This document shows, piece by piece, positions 44,389 to 55,685 of a DNA stretch of 64,000 nt. The position numbers and the translations under genes are program-made. The DNA comes from Ectobacillus sp. (lineage in GTDB: Bacteria; Bacillota; Bacilli; Bacillales; Bacillaceae_G): NCBI GenBank assembly GCA_041640875.1, contig JBEPZN010000010.1, forward strand, positions 51,062 through 115,061. Reading direction: 5' to 3'. The notes beneath the pieces are model-generated. The model was not told the origin of the DNA, ran no database searches, and saw only the letters and a list, made by a program, of their open reading frames with translations. How positions within the stretch are numbered: the stretch's first letter is position 1; every line of letters starts with the position of its first letter.

Positions 44389-44571
44389 TACATATATATG
44401 TAAGCAGGGACATGCTCTATTCGTGGTATCCACTTTGTTACCTTTGTATGGTCTCTATTACGTTAACTATTATATAAAAATAAAAAGGTGTTGTGGATGA
44501 TTTTGTACACTTCTATGAAAAAATATAGATTGGGTACAATATTTACGAATACGAAAGTTTGGAGGGAGACG

Positions 44572-44967
44572 ATGAACAAACGAATGTATGCTGCAGTTAC
44601 ATGCTTTTTCCTATACAGCAGTTTACCCGCATTGGCGAGTGCGCCATCACTTCCTATGCTGGAGGACGCTTTCTTTTCTGTGTTATTTCCGCAAGTCAAT
44701 GAGGAAATTCAAAAGTCTTATGGAGAACAAAAGAAGTATGATTGCCCGGAAATTGTAGAGATGAAGAAGCTTTACAGCGGTACGTATCTGTTTCAATCCT
44801 CCATTGAGGTGATTACATATAATCAGAAACCGCAGGGAAAGCCGGAGCCCCCCTTTGAGAAGGTAAGGATTACGTTCGACAATGAACAGGGGGAATGGGA
44901 GGTAAAAAGCACGAAGTTAACGCGATTGCCTGATAGCACAAGTTTGACATGCCGAAAGCCAGTGTAA
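44572..44967 (+). CDS. Exported hypothetical protein (DUF3888-like)
   Basis: Signal peptide, LEDAFFSVLFP, PPFEKVRITF; GGAGGG RBS. Confidence 0.7.
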   Translation: MNKRMYAAVTCFFLYSSLPALASAPSLPMLEDAFFSVLFPQVNEEIQKSYGEQKKYDCPEIVEMKKLYSGTYLFQSSIEVITYNQKPQGKPEPPFEKVRITFDNEQGEWEVKSTKLTRLPDSTSLTCRKPV

Positions 44968-45123
44968 GAATGAGAAGACCTTTGCACTTGTTTCTCGAAG
45001 GACTGCATAATATTTCACTTTTCTACATAAATGTGAATGGGATACTGAAAAAATATTTGACAATGTACATTTTTCTCTGCTATCTTTAATATCAGCAAAA
45101 GTAAATACAACAGCCTCATCTGT

Positions 45124-45304
45124 TCTCGCGAATAGAGGCTGCAGGAGTCAAGAGTAGGCTGTGTGAAGTCGTGCAGGATTAAAGAGCGCAGCGCGAAAGG
45201 GGTAACTGCCGAAGCGGCAAAACAGCTGCCATGTTTTGTTGCTGGGTCTGCACTGAATAAGTGTGGAACTGTCACAAGTATATCTTGTGAGGAGCTATTA
45301 GAGA
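45124..45304 (+). promoter_or_regulatory. Lysine riboswitch (L-box)
   Basis: ATAGAGGCTGC...AAGAGTA...GAAAGGGG...TGCCGAA...CTGGG...GAATA...ACTGTC...GGAGCTAT upstream of lysA. Confidence 0.92.
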
Positions 45305-45510
45305 TGCTGATGCGGTTTCTTATATGAAAATATGTAGGGCGCATAGTTTGAAGTAGTCATTTTCTGTAAGAAACGCGTGTGAACATAGCAGTTCGGCGCG
45401 TTTTTTGTTTATACAAATAAAATGGATTGTGTTCTTAGCTTCACTGTTTCCTTTTTCTTTTGAGAAATGGATGTAGGTGTGCAGAACGTATAGATGAGGG
45501 GGAAATTTAG

Positions 45511-46827
45511 ATGTATTTGCACGGTACAAGCAGAATTAATGAAAAGGGACATTTAGAAATCGGGGGCTGTGACACGACGGAATTAGCAAAAACATATGGC
45601 ACACCGCTTTATGTATATGATGAAGCTTTAATTCGAGAAAAATGCCGTGCGTATAACCGTGCGTTTCAGGAGAGCGGATTCTCCTACCAAGTAGCATACG
45701 CAAGTAAGGCATTTTTGTGCATGGAAATGAGCCGTTTAGCTGCAGAGGAAAACATGTCTTTAGATGTTGTGTCTGGGGGAGAATTGTATACGGCGCTGCA
45801 AGCCGGTTTTCCAGCAGGGCGCATTCATTTTCACGGTAACAATAAAACAGAAGAAGAATTGGTAATGGCACTGGAAGCAAATATTGGCTGCTTTGTTGTA
45901 GATAACTTCTTTGAGCTGGAGGTTCTCCATGATTTAGCACAAGAGCGTGGGCAAAAGGTGAATATTTTGCTGCGTGTAACACCGGGTGTTGAGGCGCATA
46001 CACACGAGTATATTACAACAGGCCAGGATGATTCAAAATTTGGTTTTGGCGTTTCTAGCGGACAGGCGCTGCAGGCGGTAAAGCATGCTGTCACTAAGCC
46101 GTATTACAATGTGCTTGGGATTCATTCTCATATCGGTTCTCAAATTTTTGAAACGGATGGATTTGTTCGTGCAGTCGAAGTATTAGCAGCATTTGTAGAT
46201 GCTGTTCGCTCTGAAACAGGACATACAATGCCGATTTTAAATCTCGGGGGCGGTTTTGGTATTCGCTATACAGAAGGCGATACTCCTCTCCCAGCTGTGC
46301 AATATATTAAAGAGATGACTGATGCGGTGCGCGAGCAGTTTACAAAGCGTAATTATCCTCTGCCGGAAATTTGGATTGAGCCGGGCCGCAGCATCGTCGG
46401 CGATGCTGGCACAACGCTGTATACAATCGGTTCTATTAAAGACATCCCAGGCATTCGTAAATACGTGGCCGTGGATGGTGGAATGACAGATAATATCCGC
46501 CCTGCGCTGTATGGTGCAAAGTATGAGGCAATTTTGGCGAATCGAGCAAATGAAGCGTCGAAGGAAGTCGTATCCATTGCCGGCAAGTGCTGCGAAAGCG
46601 GCGATATGCTGCTTTGGGATATAGAGCTTCCAGAAGCGGCGTCACGGGATTTACTTGCGATTTCCTGCACAGGGGCGTACGGATATTCGATGGCAAATAA
46701 CTATAACCGTATTGCGCGCCCTGCTGTTGTATTTGCAAAGGACGGAAAAGCGCAAGTTGTTGTGGAGCGGGAAACATTAGAAGATCTTGTACAAAAGGAT
46801 CGTATTCGTGCAAGTGAGCTTGTATGA
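45511..46827 (+). CDS. lysA: Diaminopimelate decarboxylase
   Basis: YASKAF, HSHIGSQI, IEPGRSIV, KCCESGD, TGAYG. Confidence 0.97.
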   Translation: MYLHGTSRINEKGHLEIGGCDTTELAKTYGTPLYVYDEALIREKCRAYNRAFQESGFSYQVAYASKAFLCMEMSRLAAEENMSLDVVSGGELYTALQAGFPAGRIHFHGNNKTEEELVMALEANIGCFVVDNFFELEVLHDLAQERGQKVNILLRVTPGVEAHTHEYITTGQDDSKFGFGVSSGQALQAVKHAVTKPYYNVLGIHSHIGSQIFETDGFVRAVEVLAAFVDAVRSETGHTMPILNLGGGFGIRYTEGDTPLPAVQYIKEMTDAVREQFTKRNYPLPEIWIEPGRSIVGDAGTTLYTIGSIKDIPGIRKYVAVDGGMTDNIRPALYGAKYEAILANRANEASKEVVSIAGKCCESGDMLLWDIELPEAASRDLLAISCTGAYGYSMANNYNRIARPAVVFAKDGKAQVVVERETLEDLVQKDRIRASELV

Positions 46828-46851
46828 AAGCCAGAAGATGAAAATAATTAA

Positions 46852-46889
46852 AAATAGGCGGGCAACTGTACGTTGTTCGCCTATTTTTA
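46852..46889 (+). terminator. lysA terminator
   Basis: aaaataggcgggcaac-tgtac-gttgttcgcctattttt. Confidence 0.82.
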
Positions 46890-47073
46890 TAAGAAATTAG
46901 CATAGTTTTATCGCCGCAAACCCTGTGTGCCAGAGGACTTTTGCAGAAAAAATTCTCATAATTTGCTTTGTTCCTGAAGTAAAGAAAACTGCGTATAAAA
47001 TGCACATAGCAACTGTTGCTTCAGGCAGAAATATAGGAATTCCCTATTCAATTACTCGGAATTGGATTTTTTA

Positions 47074-47207
47074 TACTTTAAGAAAGTATAAATTTCTAGT
47101 TGGAAGCCAACTCGACGTAGTGAGAAATTTTAGGAACAAAGTATAAGTGCAACTACCCCTCTGTATTCGCCCAAAGGCAAGGCTCGCCAGTCGGCGAGCT
47201 TTCTTTA
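47074..47207 (+). repeat. ~133-bp structured intergenic repeat, full copy
   Basis: Matches consensus; TTTAT both flanks. Confidence 0.95.
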
Positions 47208-47329
47208 TTGAGAGAAAAAGTGTAGTTTTGGGAAAACAGGGAAAAGTAATGACAAGAGGCATGTGCGATAGATAAGAAATGATGGATTACTCTGTTTTCA
47301 AGGTAATAAGTAAAATATAAATTTTGTTA

Positions 47330-47458
47330 CACTTTTAAGAAAGTATAAATTTCCAGCTAGAAGTGAATTCGACGTAGTCGGAAATTTTAGGAATAAAGTA
47401 TAAATGCAACTATGCTTTTGTCTTCGCCTAACGACTCGCCAGTCGACGAGTTTTTTTA
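47330..47458 (+). repeat. Intergenic repeat, copy with reduced second hairpin
   Basis: Matches consensus. Confidence 0.92.
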
Positions 47459-47510
47459 GAAGTGTCCTACAATATATTTTCATATTTTCAAAAAATTCTT
47501 TTTAAAATAT

Positions 47511-47560
47511 AATTCATATCAGAAAACTAGGATTGCAATTACCTGTAATTGTGATACAAT
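47511..47560 (+). promoter_or_regulatory. cysH promoter with candidate CymR box
   Basis: AATTCATATCAGAAAACTAGGATTG overlapping TTGCAA-16nt-TACAAT (extended -10 TG). Confidence 0.5.
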
Positions 47561-47571
47561 ACAAATTAATT

Positions 47572-47718
47572 ACTTATCCAGAGAGGTGAAGGGACACGGC
47601 CCGATGAAACCCGGCAACCTGCATGTATGCAAGGTGCTAATCCGTCAAAATGGAATCCCATTTTGAGAGATAAGGTCAAGACGCCTCGAAAGTCTTTTCG
47701 AAATGGAAAGATTTTTTT
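47572..47718 (+). promoter_or_regulatory. SAM-I riboswitch (S-box) with terminator
   Basis: CTTATCCAGAGAGGTGAAGGGACACGGCCCGATGAAACCCGGCAACC...AAGGTGCTAATCC...GAGAGATAAG, then hairpin and T tract. Confidence 0.95.
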
Positions 47719-47829
47719 AGTGCAAACGGATAAGGAGTATTTTAGGAAGGTTACTGCAGTGTTGGAACAAGACAGCTCCTTCCTACATAGCAGTGGAATA
47801 TAGATGTTACTAAAAGAGGGGGAAACAAC

Positions 47830-48531
47830 ATGTTAACATATGAAACATGGGATGCACCATCCATTGATTTTAATGAGGACGATGAAACAAAAGGTGCGCT
47901 TTCGGTTTTACGATGGGCGTATGATCATTATGGAGACGATGTTGTATATGCATGCAGCTTTGGTGTGGAGGGGATGATTCTTCTACACTTAATTGACCAA
48001 GTGAAGCCTGATGCAAAGGTTGTATTTTTAGATACAGATCTTCATTTTAAAGAAACGTATGAACTAATTGAGAGAGTGAAAGAACGGTTCCCAAGACTTC
48101 AAATTGTGTTACAAAAGCCAGAGCTTACGCTAGAAGAGCAGGCGGCAGAGCATGGTGCAGAATTATGGAAGTCTAATCCGAATGCCTGCTGTAATATTCG
48201 AAAGATTGTTCCGCTTGAAAAGGCTCTTGCACAAGGGAAGGCGTGGATTTCTGGATTGCGCCGCGAGCAGTCGCCAACGCGCCAAAATGTACAGTTTTTA
48301 AATCATGACCACCGTTTCCATTCTATCAAAGTATGTCCATTGATTCATTGGACATGGAAGGAAGTATGGCGTTATGTATACAAGCATGACCTTCCGTACA
48401 ATCCGCTTCATGATATCGGTTATCCGAGCATTGGCTGTGAGGTATGCACACGTCCTTCAGAGGGTGGCAGCAGTGACCGCTCCGGACGCTGGTCAGGTAC
48501 AGGTAAAACAGAATGCGGACTTCATCAGTAA
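47830..48531 (+). CDS. cysH: (Phospho)adenylyl-sulfate reductase
   Basis: [34 protein letters not shown]. Confidence 0.96.
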   Translation: MLTYETWDAPSIDFNEDDETKGALSVLRWAYDHYGDDVVYACSFGVEGMILLHLIDQVKPDAKVVFLDTDLHFKETYELIERVKERFPRLQIVLQKPELTLEEQAAEHGAELWKSNPNACCNIRKIVPLEKALAQGKAWISGLRREQSPTRQNVQFLNHDHRFHSIKVCPLIHWTWKEVWRYVYKHDLPYNPLHDIGYPSIGCEVCTRPSEGGSSDRSGRWSGTGKTECGLHQ

Positions 48532-48553
48532 GAGATAAAGGGGAAAAGAAAAC

Positions 48554-49612
48554 ATGGTAGCTCTCGCATTTTGTGCAGCGTTATTGTTTGCGATGAATAT
48601 AGGGGCGAGTGGAGCAGCAGCCTCAATGGGGGTCGCATATGCTTCAGGAGCCATTAAGAAGAAATGGGTAGCGCTGCTCATATGCGGCGCTGCCATCATT
48701 GCTGGTTCTGTATTTGGAGGACAAAAGGTTACAAAAACGATTAGCTCAGGCATTATTCCTGAAGATATCTTTACAGTAAAAATTGTTATTATTACATTGC
48801 TTGCAGCAACAATTGCCCTCTTTACGGCAAATATTCTGGGTATTCCGCTTTCTACAAGTGAGATTACGATAGGAGCTGTTGCAGGGGTGGGAATTGCATA
48901 TCAAGCATTATATGTGGATAAACTTTTGTTTATCGTTGCTTTTTGGATTATTACCCCTGTGGTAGCTTTTAGTATTACTTATATTGCTGGAAAGTTTATT
49001 CATAAGCTTAATTCCAAGTATCCTGATTTGGAAAAAGGAAAATGGAAGCCGATTTTTACAATTCTTGTTATTGTAACAGGTTTCTTCGAGGCCTATTCAG
49101 CTGGAATGAAAAACGTAGCAAATGCAGTTGCTCCGTTAGTTGGAGCTCATTTGCTTTCGATAGAAACAGGGCTGCTTTTAGGTGGTGTTTTCGTTGCTCT
49201 GGGTGCTTTGCTCTTAGGAAGCAGGGTTCTTGAAACAAACGGGAAGAAAATTACATCTGTTTCTTTGATCGAGGGAATTGCTGTGTCTTCTACTAGTTCA
49301 ATTCTCGTAATTTCAGCAGCTTTATTCGGAATTCCATTGCCGATTGCACAAATTACATCTTCTTCTATTATTGGCATGGGCTCCGCGCAGCAAGGCAGGA
49401 AGGTCTTTCAAAAACGCGTTGTTTCGCAAATGCTCAAGGTGTGGTTTGTTGCCCCGTTTATATCGCTTTTAGCATCCTATACATGCATTAAATTGTTGCT
49501 AGAAAGTGATTTGTATTCTATCTTTATTGTTGGGGCGGGAATTATCGCAACACTTGGAGTCATTAGCTTATTAAAACATACGAAACAGGAAGTAGGAGGA
49601 ATTTCAAGATGA
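48554..49612 (+). CDS. cysP: Sulfate permease (Pit family)
   Basis: [17 protein letters not shown]; position matches B. subtilis cysH operon. Confidence 0.88.
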   Translation: MVALAFCAALLFAMNIGASGAAASMGVAYASGAIKKKWVALLICGAAIIAGSVFGGQKVTKTISSGIIPEDIFTVKIVIITLLAATIALFTANILGIPLSTSEITIGAVAGVGIAYQALYVDKLLFIVAFWIITPVVAFSITYIAGKFIHKLNSKYPDLEKGKWKPIFTILVIVTGFFEAYSAGMKNVANAVAPLVGAHLLSIETGLLLGGVFVALGALLLGSRVLETNGKKITSVSLIEGIAVSSTSSILVISAALFGIPLPIAQITSSSIIGMGSAQQGRKVFQKRVVSQMLKVWFVAPFISLLASYTCIKLLLESDLYSIFIVGAGIIATLGVISLLKHTKQEVGGISR

Positions 49613-50757
49613 CAAGTATTACAGCACATGGCGGTGTTCTTATTAATCGCGTAGACGAAACATACAGCACAGCGCATATCCAAAAGGAAATTGAATTAGA
49701 CAATATTGCACTTAGCGATCTAGAGCTGATTGCAGTCGGTGCATACAGCCCGCTAACAGGTTTCTTAAATCAAGAGGACTATAATTCTGTTGTAGAACGT
49801 ATGCGTCTTGCTGATGGAACAGTTTGGAGCATTCCAATCGCGCTTCCTGTAACAGAAGAAAAAGCAAACGAGCTTACAGCAGGTGAAGAGGTACGCTTAG
49901 TACAAGGCGGCGTAACATATGGTGTACTTACAGTTGGCGACATCTATGTGCCAGACAAACAAAAGGAAGCGGAAAATGTGTACCGCACAACAGACCTTGC
50001 GCATCCAGGCGTGAAGAAAATGCTAGAGCGTCCGTCTGTATATGTAGGTGGAGCGATTACGTTAGTAAAACGCACAGAGAAGGATCAATTTGCTGAATTC
50101 CGTTTAGATCCGGCTGAAACACGTCAGAAGTTCCAAGATCTTGGCTGGAAAACGATAGTTGGGTTCCAAACACGCAACCCGGTTCACCGCGCACATGAAT
50201 ATATTCAAAAAGCTGCGCTTGAAATCGTAGACGGTTTATTCTTAAATCCGCTTGTGGGCGAAACAAAATCTGATGACATTCCAGCCGACGTACGTATGGA
50301 AAGCTATCAAGTACTCTTAAAGAACTACTATCCAGAAGACCGTGTATTTTTAGCTGTGTTCCCTGCAGCAATGCGCTATGCAGGACCGCGTGAAGCGATT
50401 TTCCATGCAATGGTTCGCAAAAACTTCGGTTGCACGCACTTTATTGTAGGCCGTGACCATGCAGGTGTGGGCAACTATTATGGCACATACGATGCACAGC
50501 ATATCTTCTCTAACTTTACAGCAGAAGAGCTTGGTATTCAGCCATTATTCTTTGAGCATAGCTTCTACTGCACAAAATGCGAAGGTATGGCTTCTTCGAA
50601 AACATGTCCGCATGGTGCTGAAGACCGTGTAATTTTATCTGGAACAAAGGTGCGTGAATTGCTTCGCAGCGGTCAGCTTCCGCCAAGCACATTCAGCCGT
50701 AAAGAAGTAGTAGAAGTATTAATTCGCGGCATGCAAGAGCAGCCAGTGAACGCTTAA
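49609..50757 (+). CDS. sat: Sulfate adenylyltransferase
   Basis: [28 protein letters not shown]. Confidence 0.97.
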   Translation: MTSITAHGGVLINRVDETYSTAHIQKEIELDNIALSDLELIAVGAYSPLTGFLNQEDYNSVVERMRLADGTVWSIPIALPVTEEKANELTAGEEVRLVQGGVTYGVLTVGDIYVPDKQKEAENVYRTTDLAHPGVKKMLERPSVYVGGAITLVKRTEKDQFAEFRLDPAETRQKFQDLGWKTIVGFQTRNPVHRAHEYIQKAALEIVDGLFLNPLVGETKSDDIPADVRMESYQVLLKNYYPEDRVFLAVFPAAMRYAGPREAIFHAMVRKNFGCTHFIVGRDHAGVGNYYGTYDAQHIFSNFTAEELGIQPLFFEHSFYCTKCEGMASSKTCPHGAEDRVILSGTKVRELLRSGQLPPSTFSRKEVVEVLIRGMQEQPVNA

Positions 50758-50769
50758 GGGGGAGAAACA

Positions 50770-51363
50770 ATGAGCACGAACATTGTATGGCATGAGGCAT
50801 CAGTTTCCAAGCAAGAGCGTCGCGAGCAAAAAGGAAATCATAGCTTTGTTCTTTGGTTCACAGGTTTATCTGCATCTGGCAAGTCTACGCTTGCCAATGC
50901 GGTAGCTCGTAAGCTATTTCAAGAAAAAATCGGTAACTATGTATTAGATGGCGATAATATTCGTCATGGTTTAAACAAAGACTTAGGATTTTCTGAAGAA
51001 GCACGCACAGAAAATATTCGCCGCATCGGTGAAGTGGCGAAGCTGTTTGTGGACAGTGGTACAATTGTATTAACGGCGTTCATTTCTCCGTTCCGTGCAG
51101 ATCGTACACAAGTACGCGATATTTTAGAAGCGGACGAGTTTCTTGAAGTATTTGTGAGCTGCCCGATTGAAGAATGTGAAAAGCGCGATCCAAAAGGCTT
51201 GTATAAAAAGGCGCGTAATGGTGAGATTAAACAATTTACAGGTATTGATTCTCCTTATGAAGAGCCAGAAAACCCTGAAATTGTTGTTTCGACACACTTA
51301 CATTCTATTGAGGAATGTGCAGAGCAAGTCATTCAATATTTGAAGCAGAAACAGTTTATTTAA
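50770..51363 (+). CDS. cysC: Adenylyl-sulfate kinase
   Basis: [26 protein letters not shown]. Confidence 0.97.
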   Translation: MSTNIVWHEASVSKQERREQKGNHSFVLWFTGLSASGKSTLANAVARKLFQEKIGNYVLDGDNIRHGLNKDLGFSEEARTENIRRIGEVAKLFVDSGTIVLTAFISPFRADRTQVRDILEADEFLEVFVSCPIEECEKRDPKGLYKKARNGEIKQFTGIDSPYEEPENPEIVVSTHLHSIEECAEQVIQYLKQKQFI

Positions 51364-51407
51364 GCGATTTATAGACAGAAGAATATACTGTGATAGGAGG
51401 TGGCAAA

Positions 51408-52184
51408 GTGGGAAAGGTGTACCTTGTTGGAGCAGGACCGGGTGATCCGGATTTGATTTCTGTGAAGGGCCTTAAGTGTATTCAGCAGGCTGATGTCATT
51501 TTATATGATAGGCTGGTAAATGAGGAATTACTGTCTCATGCGAAGGCGGATGCAGATTTGGTTTTTTGCGGAAAACTCCCTGATTGCCACTTTATGCAGC
51601 AGGAAACGATAAATGCTCAGCTCGTAAAGCTTGCGAAAGAAGGAAAAACGGTAACACGACTTAAAGGCGGAGATCCAATTGTATTTGGACGCGGCGCTGA
51701 GGAAGCGGAGACGTTAGCTAAAAATAATATTCCGTTTGAAATCGTTCCTGGCATTACATCTGGCATTGCTGCTCCTGCTTACGCTGGCATTCCGGTGACA
51801 CATCGCGATGCTGGTGCCAGCTTTGCCATCATTACAGGTCACCGCCGCGAGGGTCAGGAAGAGGATACGAAGTGGGAGAGCCTGGCAAAGGGAATTGACA
51901 CGCTGGCGATTTACATGGGTGTAAGTAATCTTCCATACATTTGCGGCAAGCTATTGCAGCATGGAAAAAGTGAACAAACACCGGTTGCGCTTATTGAGTG
52001 GGGCACAACTGTATCACAGCGTACAGTAACGGGTACATTAGGAACGATTGTCACCATCGCGCAAAAGGAAGAAGTACAAAATCCAAGCATGATTGTGGTT
52101 GGCGAGGTCGTTCGTTACCGGGATAAGATCCAATGGTTTGAACAACAAACATCCAAAAATTACTATGCAAGCGGGGCGTTGTAA
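51408..52184 (+). CDS. sumT: Uroporphyrinogen-III C-methyltransferase
   Basis: LVGAGPGDP, RLKGGDP, VPGITS. Confidence 0.94.
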   Translation: MGKVYLVGAGPGDPDLISVKGLKCIQQADVILYDRLVNEELLSHAKADADLVFCGKLPDCHFMQQETINAQLVKLAKEGKTVTRLKGGDPIVFGRGAEEAETLAKNNIPFEIVPGITSGIAAPAYAGIPVTHRDAGASFAIITGHRREGQEEDTKWESLAKGIDTLAIYMGVSNLPYICGKLLQHGKSEQTPVALIEWGTTVSQRTVTGTLGTIVTIAQKEEVQNPSMIVVGEVVRYRDKIQWFEQQTSKNYYASGAL

Positions 52185-52943
52185 ATGCAAGCAGTATTAT
52201 ACATTTGCCACGGCAGCAGAGTGAAAGAAGCGTGCGAGCAAGCGCGCTTCTTTGTCTCTCAAGCAATGGCTGACGTAGATGTACCGATTCAAGAGGTATG
52301 TTTTTTGGAATTAGCGGAACCATCCATTGAAGCAGGCTTACGAGCGTGTGTGGAAAGAGGAGCAACGCGTGTTGCGGCTGTGCCGATTTTATTGCTCACT
52401 GCTGCACATGCAAAAGAGGATATTCCGAATGAACTAGCAGAAGTAAAGCCGTATTATCCTGGTGTAACCTTAACGTATGGTGAGCCGTTTGGCGTACATG
52501 ATGAAATTATATCGATTTTGATGGAGCGAATTGGCCAAGAGCGTGTCTCTGATGATGCAATGGTATTGCTTGTCGGACGCGGCAGCAGTGACCCGGATGT
52601 AAAACGCGACATGAAGGAGATAGCTTCGCGCTTACAGCATACATATTCATTTCAGAAGGTCGATATTTGCTTTTTGGCAGCAGCGGAACCAACCTTTGAG
52701 CAAGGGCTAGAGATGGCGCTTGCATCGGGTCATAAACAAGTGTTTGTTGTGCCATACTTATTGTTTACGGGCATTCTAATGAAAAAGATGGAACGAACAA
52801 TTAAGAAGTTAGGACGGGAAGAGCTTATACTCTGTGATTATTTAGGTTATCACCCGAATTTGCGCAAGGTTCTTGCCGCGCGTGTACAGGAAGCAATGGA
52901 AGGAGAAGAGTATGTACCCACTTACGCTACACATACACAATAA
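52185..52943 (+). CDS. sirB: Sirohydrochlorin ferrochelatase
   Basis: CHGSR, FLELAEP, HAKEDIP, GRGSSDP. Confidence 0.92.
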   Translation: MQAVLYICHGSRVKEACEQARFFVSQAMADVDVPIQEVCFLELAEPSIEAGLRACVERGATRVAAVPILLLTAAHAKEDIPNELAEVKPYYPGVTLTYGEPFGVHDEIISILMERIGQERVSDDAMVLLVGRGSSDPDVKRDMKEIASRLQHTYSFQKVDICFLAAAEPTFEQGLEMALASGHKQVFVVPYLLFTGILMKKMERTIKKLGREELILCDYLGYHPNLRKVLAARVQEAMEGEEYVPTYATHTQ

Positions 52944-53508
52944 GCGCGTTGTTGTCGTCGGCGGCGGTAAGGTGGCTCTTTTTAAAATTGGGCCGCTTGT
53001 CAGAGAAGGAGCACATGTGACTGTTATTAGTCCTGAAGCTGATGGAAAGGTGCAAAAACTTGCTGAAGAGGGGCACATTACGTGGCTTGCGAAGACATAT
53101 GAAGAATCAGATCTTGTTGGAGCCCTTCTCATTATTGCAGCGACAGATGATGCGGAGCTTAACGCTCGCATTGCAGCGGAGGCGGGCGAGAGTCAGCTCG
53201 TAAACGTCATTACAGATCCGACGGCAGGAAATGTTCATCTTCCGGCTGCATTTGAGCGCGGCCGGTTAATGATTGCTGTTTCCACTGGTGGTGCTAGTCC
53301 GAAACTCGCAAAGAAAATTCGGGATGATCTCTCGGATACATATGGAGAAGAGTATGAACAGTATTTGGATTTTTTATATGAATGCCGGATTAGAGTGAAA
53401 GCTTCTGCTCACAACAAAGCTGCGCGGAATGTATTGCTGCAGGAGGTACTCAAACCAGAGTATATAGGCTCGCTGGAAAAACAGCAGCAATTTTTAGAGA
53501 GCTTATAA
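52912..53508 (+). CDS. sirC: Precorrin-2 dehydrogenase
   Basis: VVGGGKVA, AATDD, AVSTGGASP. Confidence 0.92.
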   Translation: MYPLTLHIHNKRVVVVGGGKVALFKIGPLVREGAHVTVISPEADGKVQKLAEEGHITWLAKTYEESDLVGALLIIAATDDAELNARIAAEAGESQLVNVITDPTAGNVHLPAAFERGRLMIAVSTGGASPKLAKKIRDDLSDTYGEEYEQYLDFLYECRIRVKASAHNKAARNVLLQEVLKPEYIGSLEKQQQFLESL

Positions 53509-53596
53509 AAACTGATATGGCATAATTGCCACATCCTCTGTGTAAAAGAGGATTTTTACAGAAAAGGCACTATCATTACGGTAGTGCTTTTCTTTG

Positions 53597-53748
53597 CATT
53601 GTAAGAAAGTATAAATTTCTAGCTGGAAGATCATTCGACGTAGCGAGAAATTTTAGGAATACAGTATAAGTAGGGCTACGACTCTGTCTTCGCTGGGGGG
53701 CAGGGCTCGCCAGTCGGCGAGTTTTCTTTACATTTTAAGAAAATATAA
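53597..53748 (+). repeat. Intergenic repeat, full copy plus abutting 5' fragment of a second copy
   Basis: ...ggcgagttttcttta|cattttaagaaaatataa. Confidence 0.93.
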
Positions 53749-54039
53749 CCTTGTTACATCATCTGGATCTATTAACAAAATTCGGTAATTAAATAATCTT
53801 GGGAAGAACATATAGGAAGTTTTCATAAATATTCTTTGCCTGAACCGCATGTTTGCTTTGCTTACTCAGAACTAAGAAAGACCCTAGCGAATAAGCAAAC
53901 AAAGGGGCAGATAGGGGATATGAATGAAAAAAAGGATCCGAGCTGCGTATTCAACTGAGATCCTTTTTCGGTATTGTCTAGTCTTATCAATCTGCTAACT
54001 GTAAGGTAATCCTCAATTAACAAGGTGAATAATATTTTA

Positions 54040-54111
54040 CACTGTAAGAAAGTATAAATTTCCAGCCGGAAGTGAATTCGACATAGTCGGAAATTTTAGG
54101 AATACAGTATA
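54040..54111 (+). repeat. Intergenic repeat, first hairpin only
   Basis: cactgtaagaaagtataaatttccagccgg...cggaaattttaggaatacagtata. Confidence 0.9.
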
Positions 54112-54125
54112 TAGTGATTTTGCTT

Positions 54126-55442
54126 TTATAAGTACGGCATTGGGTTTACTGCATTACTCTTTGATTGATTCCATTCTCCTACATGCAATTCAAAGTGAAG
54201 ATGCTGCCCTTGTGACTCACCTGTATTACCCATGATTCCAATTTGCTGCCCTTGCTTTACAGTTTGTCCTGTTCCAACAGAATAGCTGCTTAAGTGTGCA
54301 TATACAGTTGTGTAGGTTTGTCCATTAATGCGATGTGAAATAAATACAACATTTCCGTAGCTGCTTGAAGAATAGGCACGTATGACAACACCATCTGCCG
54401 CCGCTACAACCGGCACTGTTCCTGGTGCCGCAATATCTATACCTGCATGCAATTTACCCCATCTTCCTCCGAAACCTGATGTGTAAGCGCCAGCTGCAGG
54501 TTTGATGAATCCGCCTCGATTGATAGCTGCTACACTAGGTTGGCTTGATGCTCCAGTGGAAGGCGCAGCTGCTTTTTTTGCATCTCCCGCAGCCTGTGCT
54601 TGAGCCGCCTGAGCTGCTGCTGCTTGAGCTGCTGCTGCTTGAGCCGCTGCTTGAGCTGCCTGAGCCGCTGCCGCCTCCGCTGCTGCGCGTTTGTCCGTTT
54701 CCACAAGTTGCTGAGTCGCTTGTCTCTGTGCTTCTAAAAGCGCTTTTGTTTCTTCAGTGCTTTCGATTTCCTCCATTGTTTGCGATAGCTTTGCATGCAT
54801 GTCATTCATAAGAACTTCCTGTTGCTGCTTGTCTGCCGCCAACTGCTGCTGCTTTTGTACTTGTGTTTCTTTTTGCTGCTGCAATGCCGCTTCCTTTTCT
54901 TTTACTGCTTTCTGTTCAGCTTCGACAGTCTCTTTGTCGCGTGTTTGCTCTTGCAAAATATCATTATCAGAATCTAATATAAGCGACACGGAATACATAT
55001 TTTCCAATAAATCGGTTATGTTTTTAGAGTTGATAATCAACTCTGTGACCAAGGTGCTGCGAGGCTGCTCCTGCAGTGTGCGCAGACGCTGCTCGATGAG
55101 AACCTGTCGTTTTTCAATTTGTACTTGTAGATACGCGATATGACGATTCTTTTCTTCAATTACAGCTTCTGTTTCTCGAATTTGTTGCTCAATTGTTGCT
55201 AATTCCTGTTCTGTGTTAGCAATTGCTGTATTCAGTTCATCTAGTTTCTGCTGAAGAAGTGCAATTTCCTGTTCGATTTGCTGTTTCTCCTGCTGCTGGT
55301 TGTCTAGTTGTTGAGATGTTCCGTTCAATTGTGATTCAATGCTGTTTAATTTATCCTGGTTTGTTTCTGCATATATGGAAGCGGTTGGAGCAAGTAAAAA
55401 GGCCCCTGTCGCTAGCATGCTCAAAACAGTATGTTTCTTCAT
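54126..55442 (-). CDS. Secreted coiled-coil M23 peptidase (peptidoglycan endopeptidase)
   Basis: Signal peptide, long coiled coil, Ala/Gln linker, HAGID, YAHL, HLHFE. Confidence 0.93.
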   Translation of the reverse strand: MKKHTVLSMLATGAFLLAPTASIYAETNQDKLNSIESQLNGTSQQLDNQQQEKQQIEQEIALLQQKLDELNTAIANTEQELATIEQQIRETEAVIEEKNRHIAYLQVQIEKRQVLIEQRLRTLQEQPRSTLVTELIINSKNITDLLENMYSVSLILDSDNDILQEQTRDKETVEAEQKAVKEKEAALQQQKETQVQKQQQLAADKQQQEVLMNDMHAKLSQTMEEIESTEETKALLEAQRQATQQLVETDKRAAAEAAAAQAAQAAAQAAAAQAAAAQAAQAQAAGDAKKAAAPSTGASSQPSVAAINRGGFIKPAAGAYTSGFGGRWGKLHAGIDIAAPGTVPVVAAADGVVIRAYSSSSYGNVVFISHRINGQTYTTVYAHLSSYSVGTGQTVKQGQQIGIMGNTGESQGQHLHFELHVGEWNQSKSNAVNPMPYL

Positions 55443-55586
55443 TGCTGTTTGCTCCTTTCTCTACCGTATGTTTATACCATAGAATGAAGGAAGAATCTAT
55501 TATTTTTACCATAATGTAAAGAAATTTAATAGAATGTTAGTTTTTTACACTGTAGGGAAGTATAAATTGCGAGTCCGAGGGTGAAA

Positions 55587-55602
55587 TCGGTCTAAAGTCT
55601 TA
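55587..55602 (+). promoter_or_regulatory. Candidate LiaR-binding imperfect palindrome
   Basis: TCGGTCTAAAGTCTTA upstream of liaI-liaH. Confidence 0.45.
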
Positions 55603-55685
55603 GTGAAAACCGTTCTCTGGTTCGTTATGAGGGTGCTTCGTTTCAGATAAGATAAGAGTATCAAAACGAAGGGAGGCAAAAAGGT

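Noticed and set aside
47830-53508. No sulfite reductase in the cys operon
   Set aside because: Order matches the B. subtilis cysH operon, where cysJI is separate
54596-54686. Ala/Gln 15-bp repeats in the M23 gene
   Set aside because: Ordinary low-complexity linker of coiled-coil peptidoglycan hydrolases
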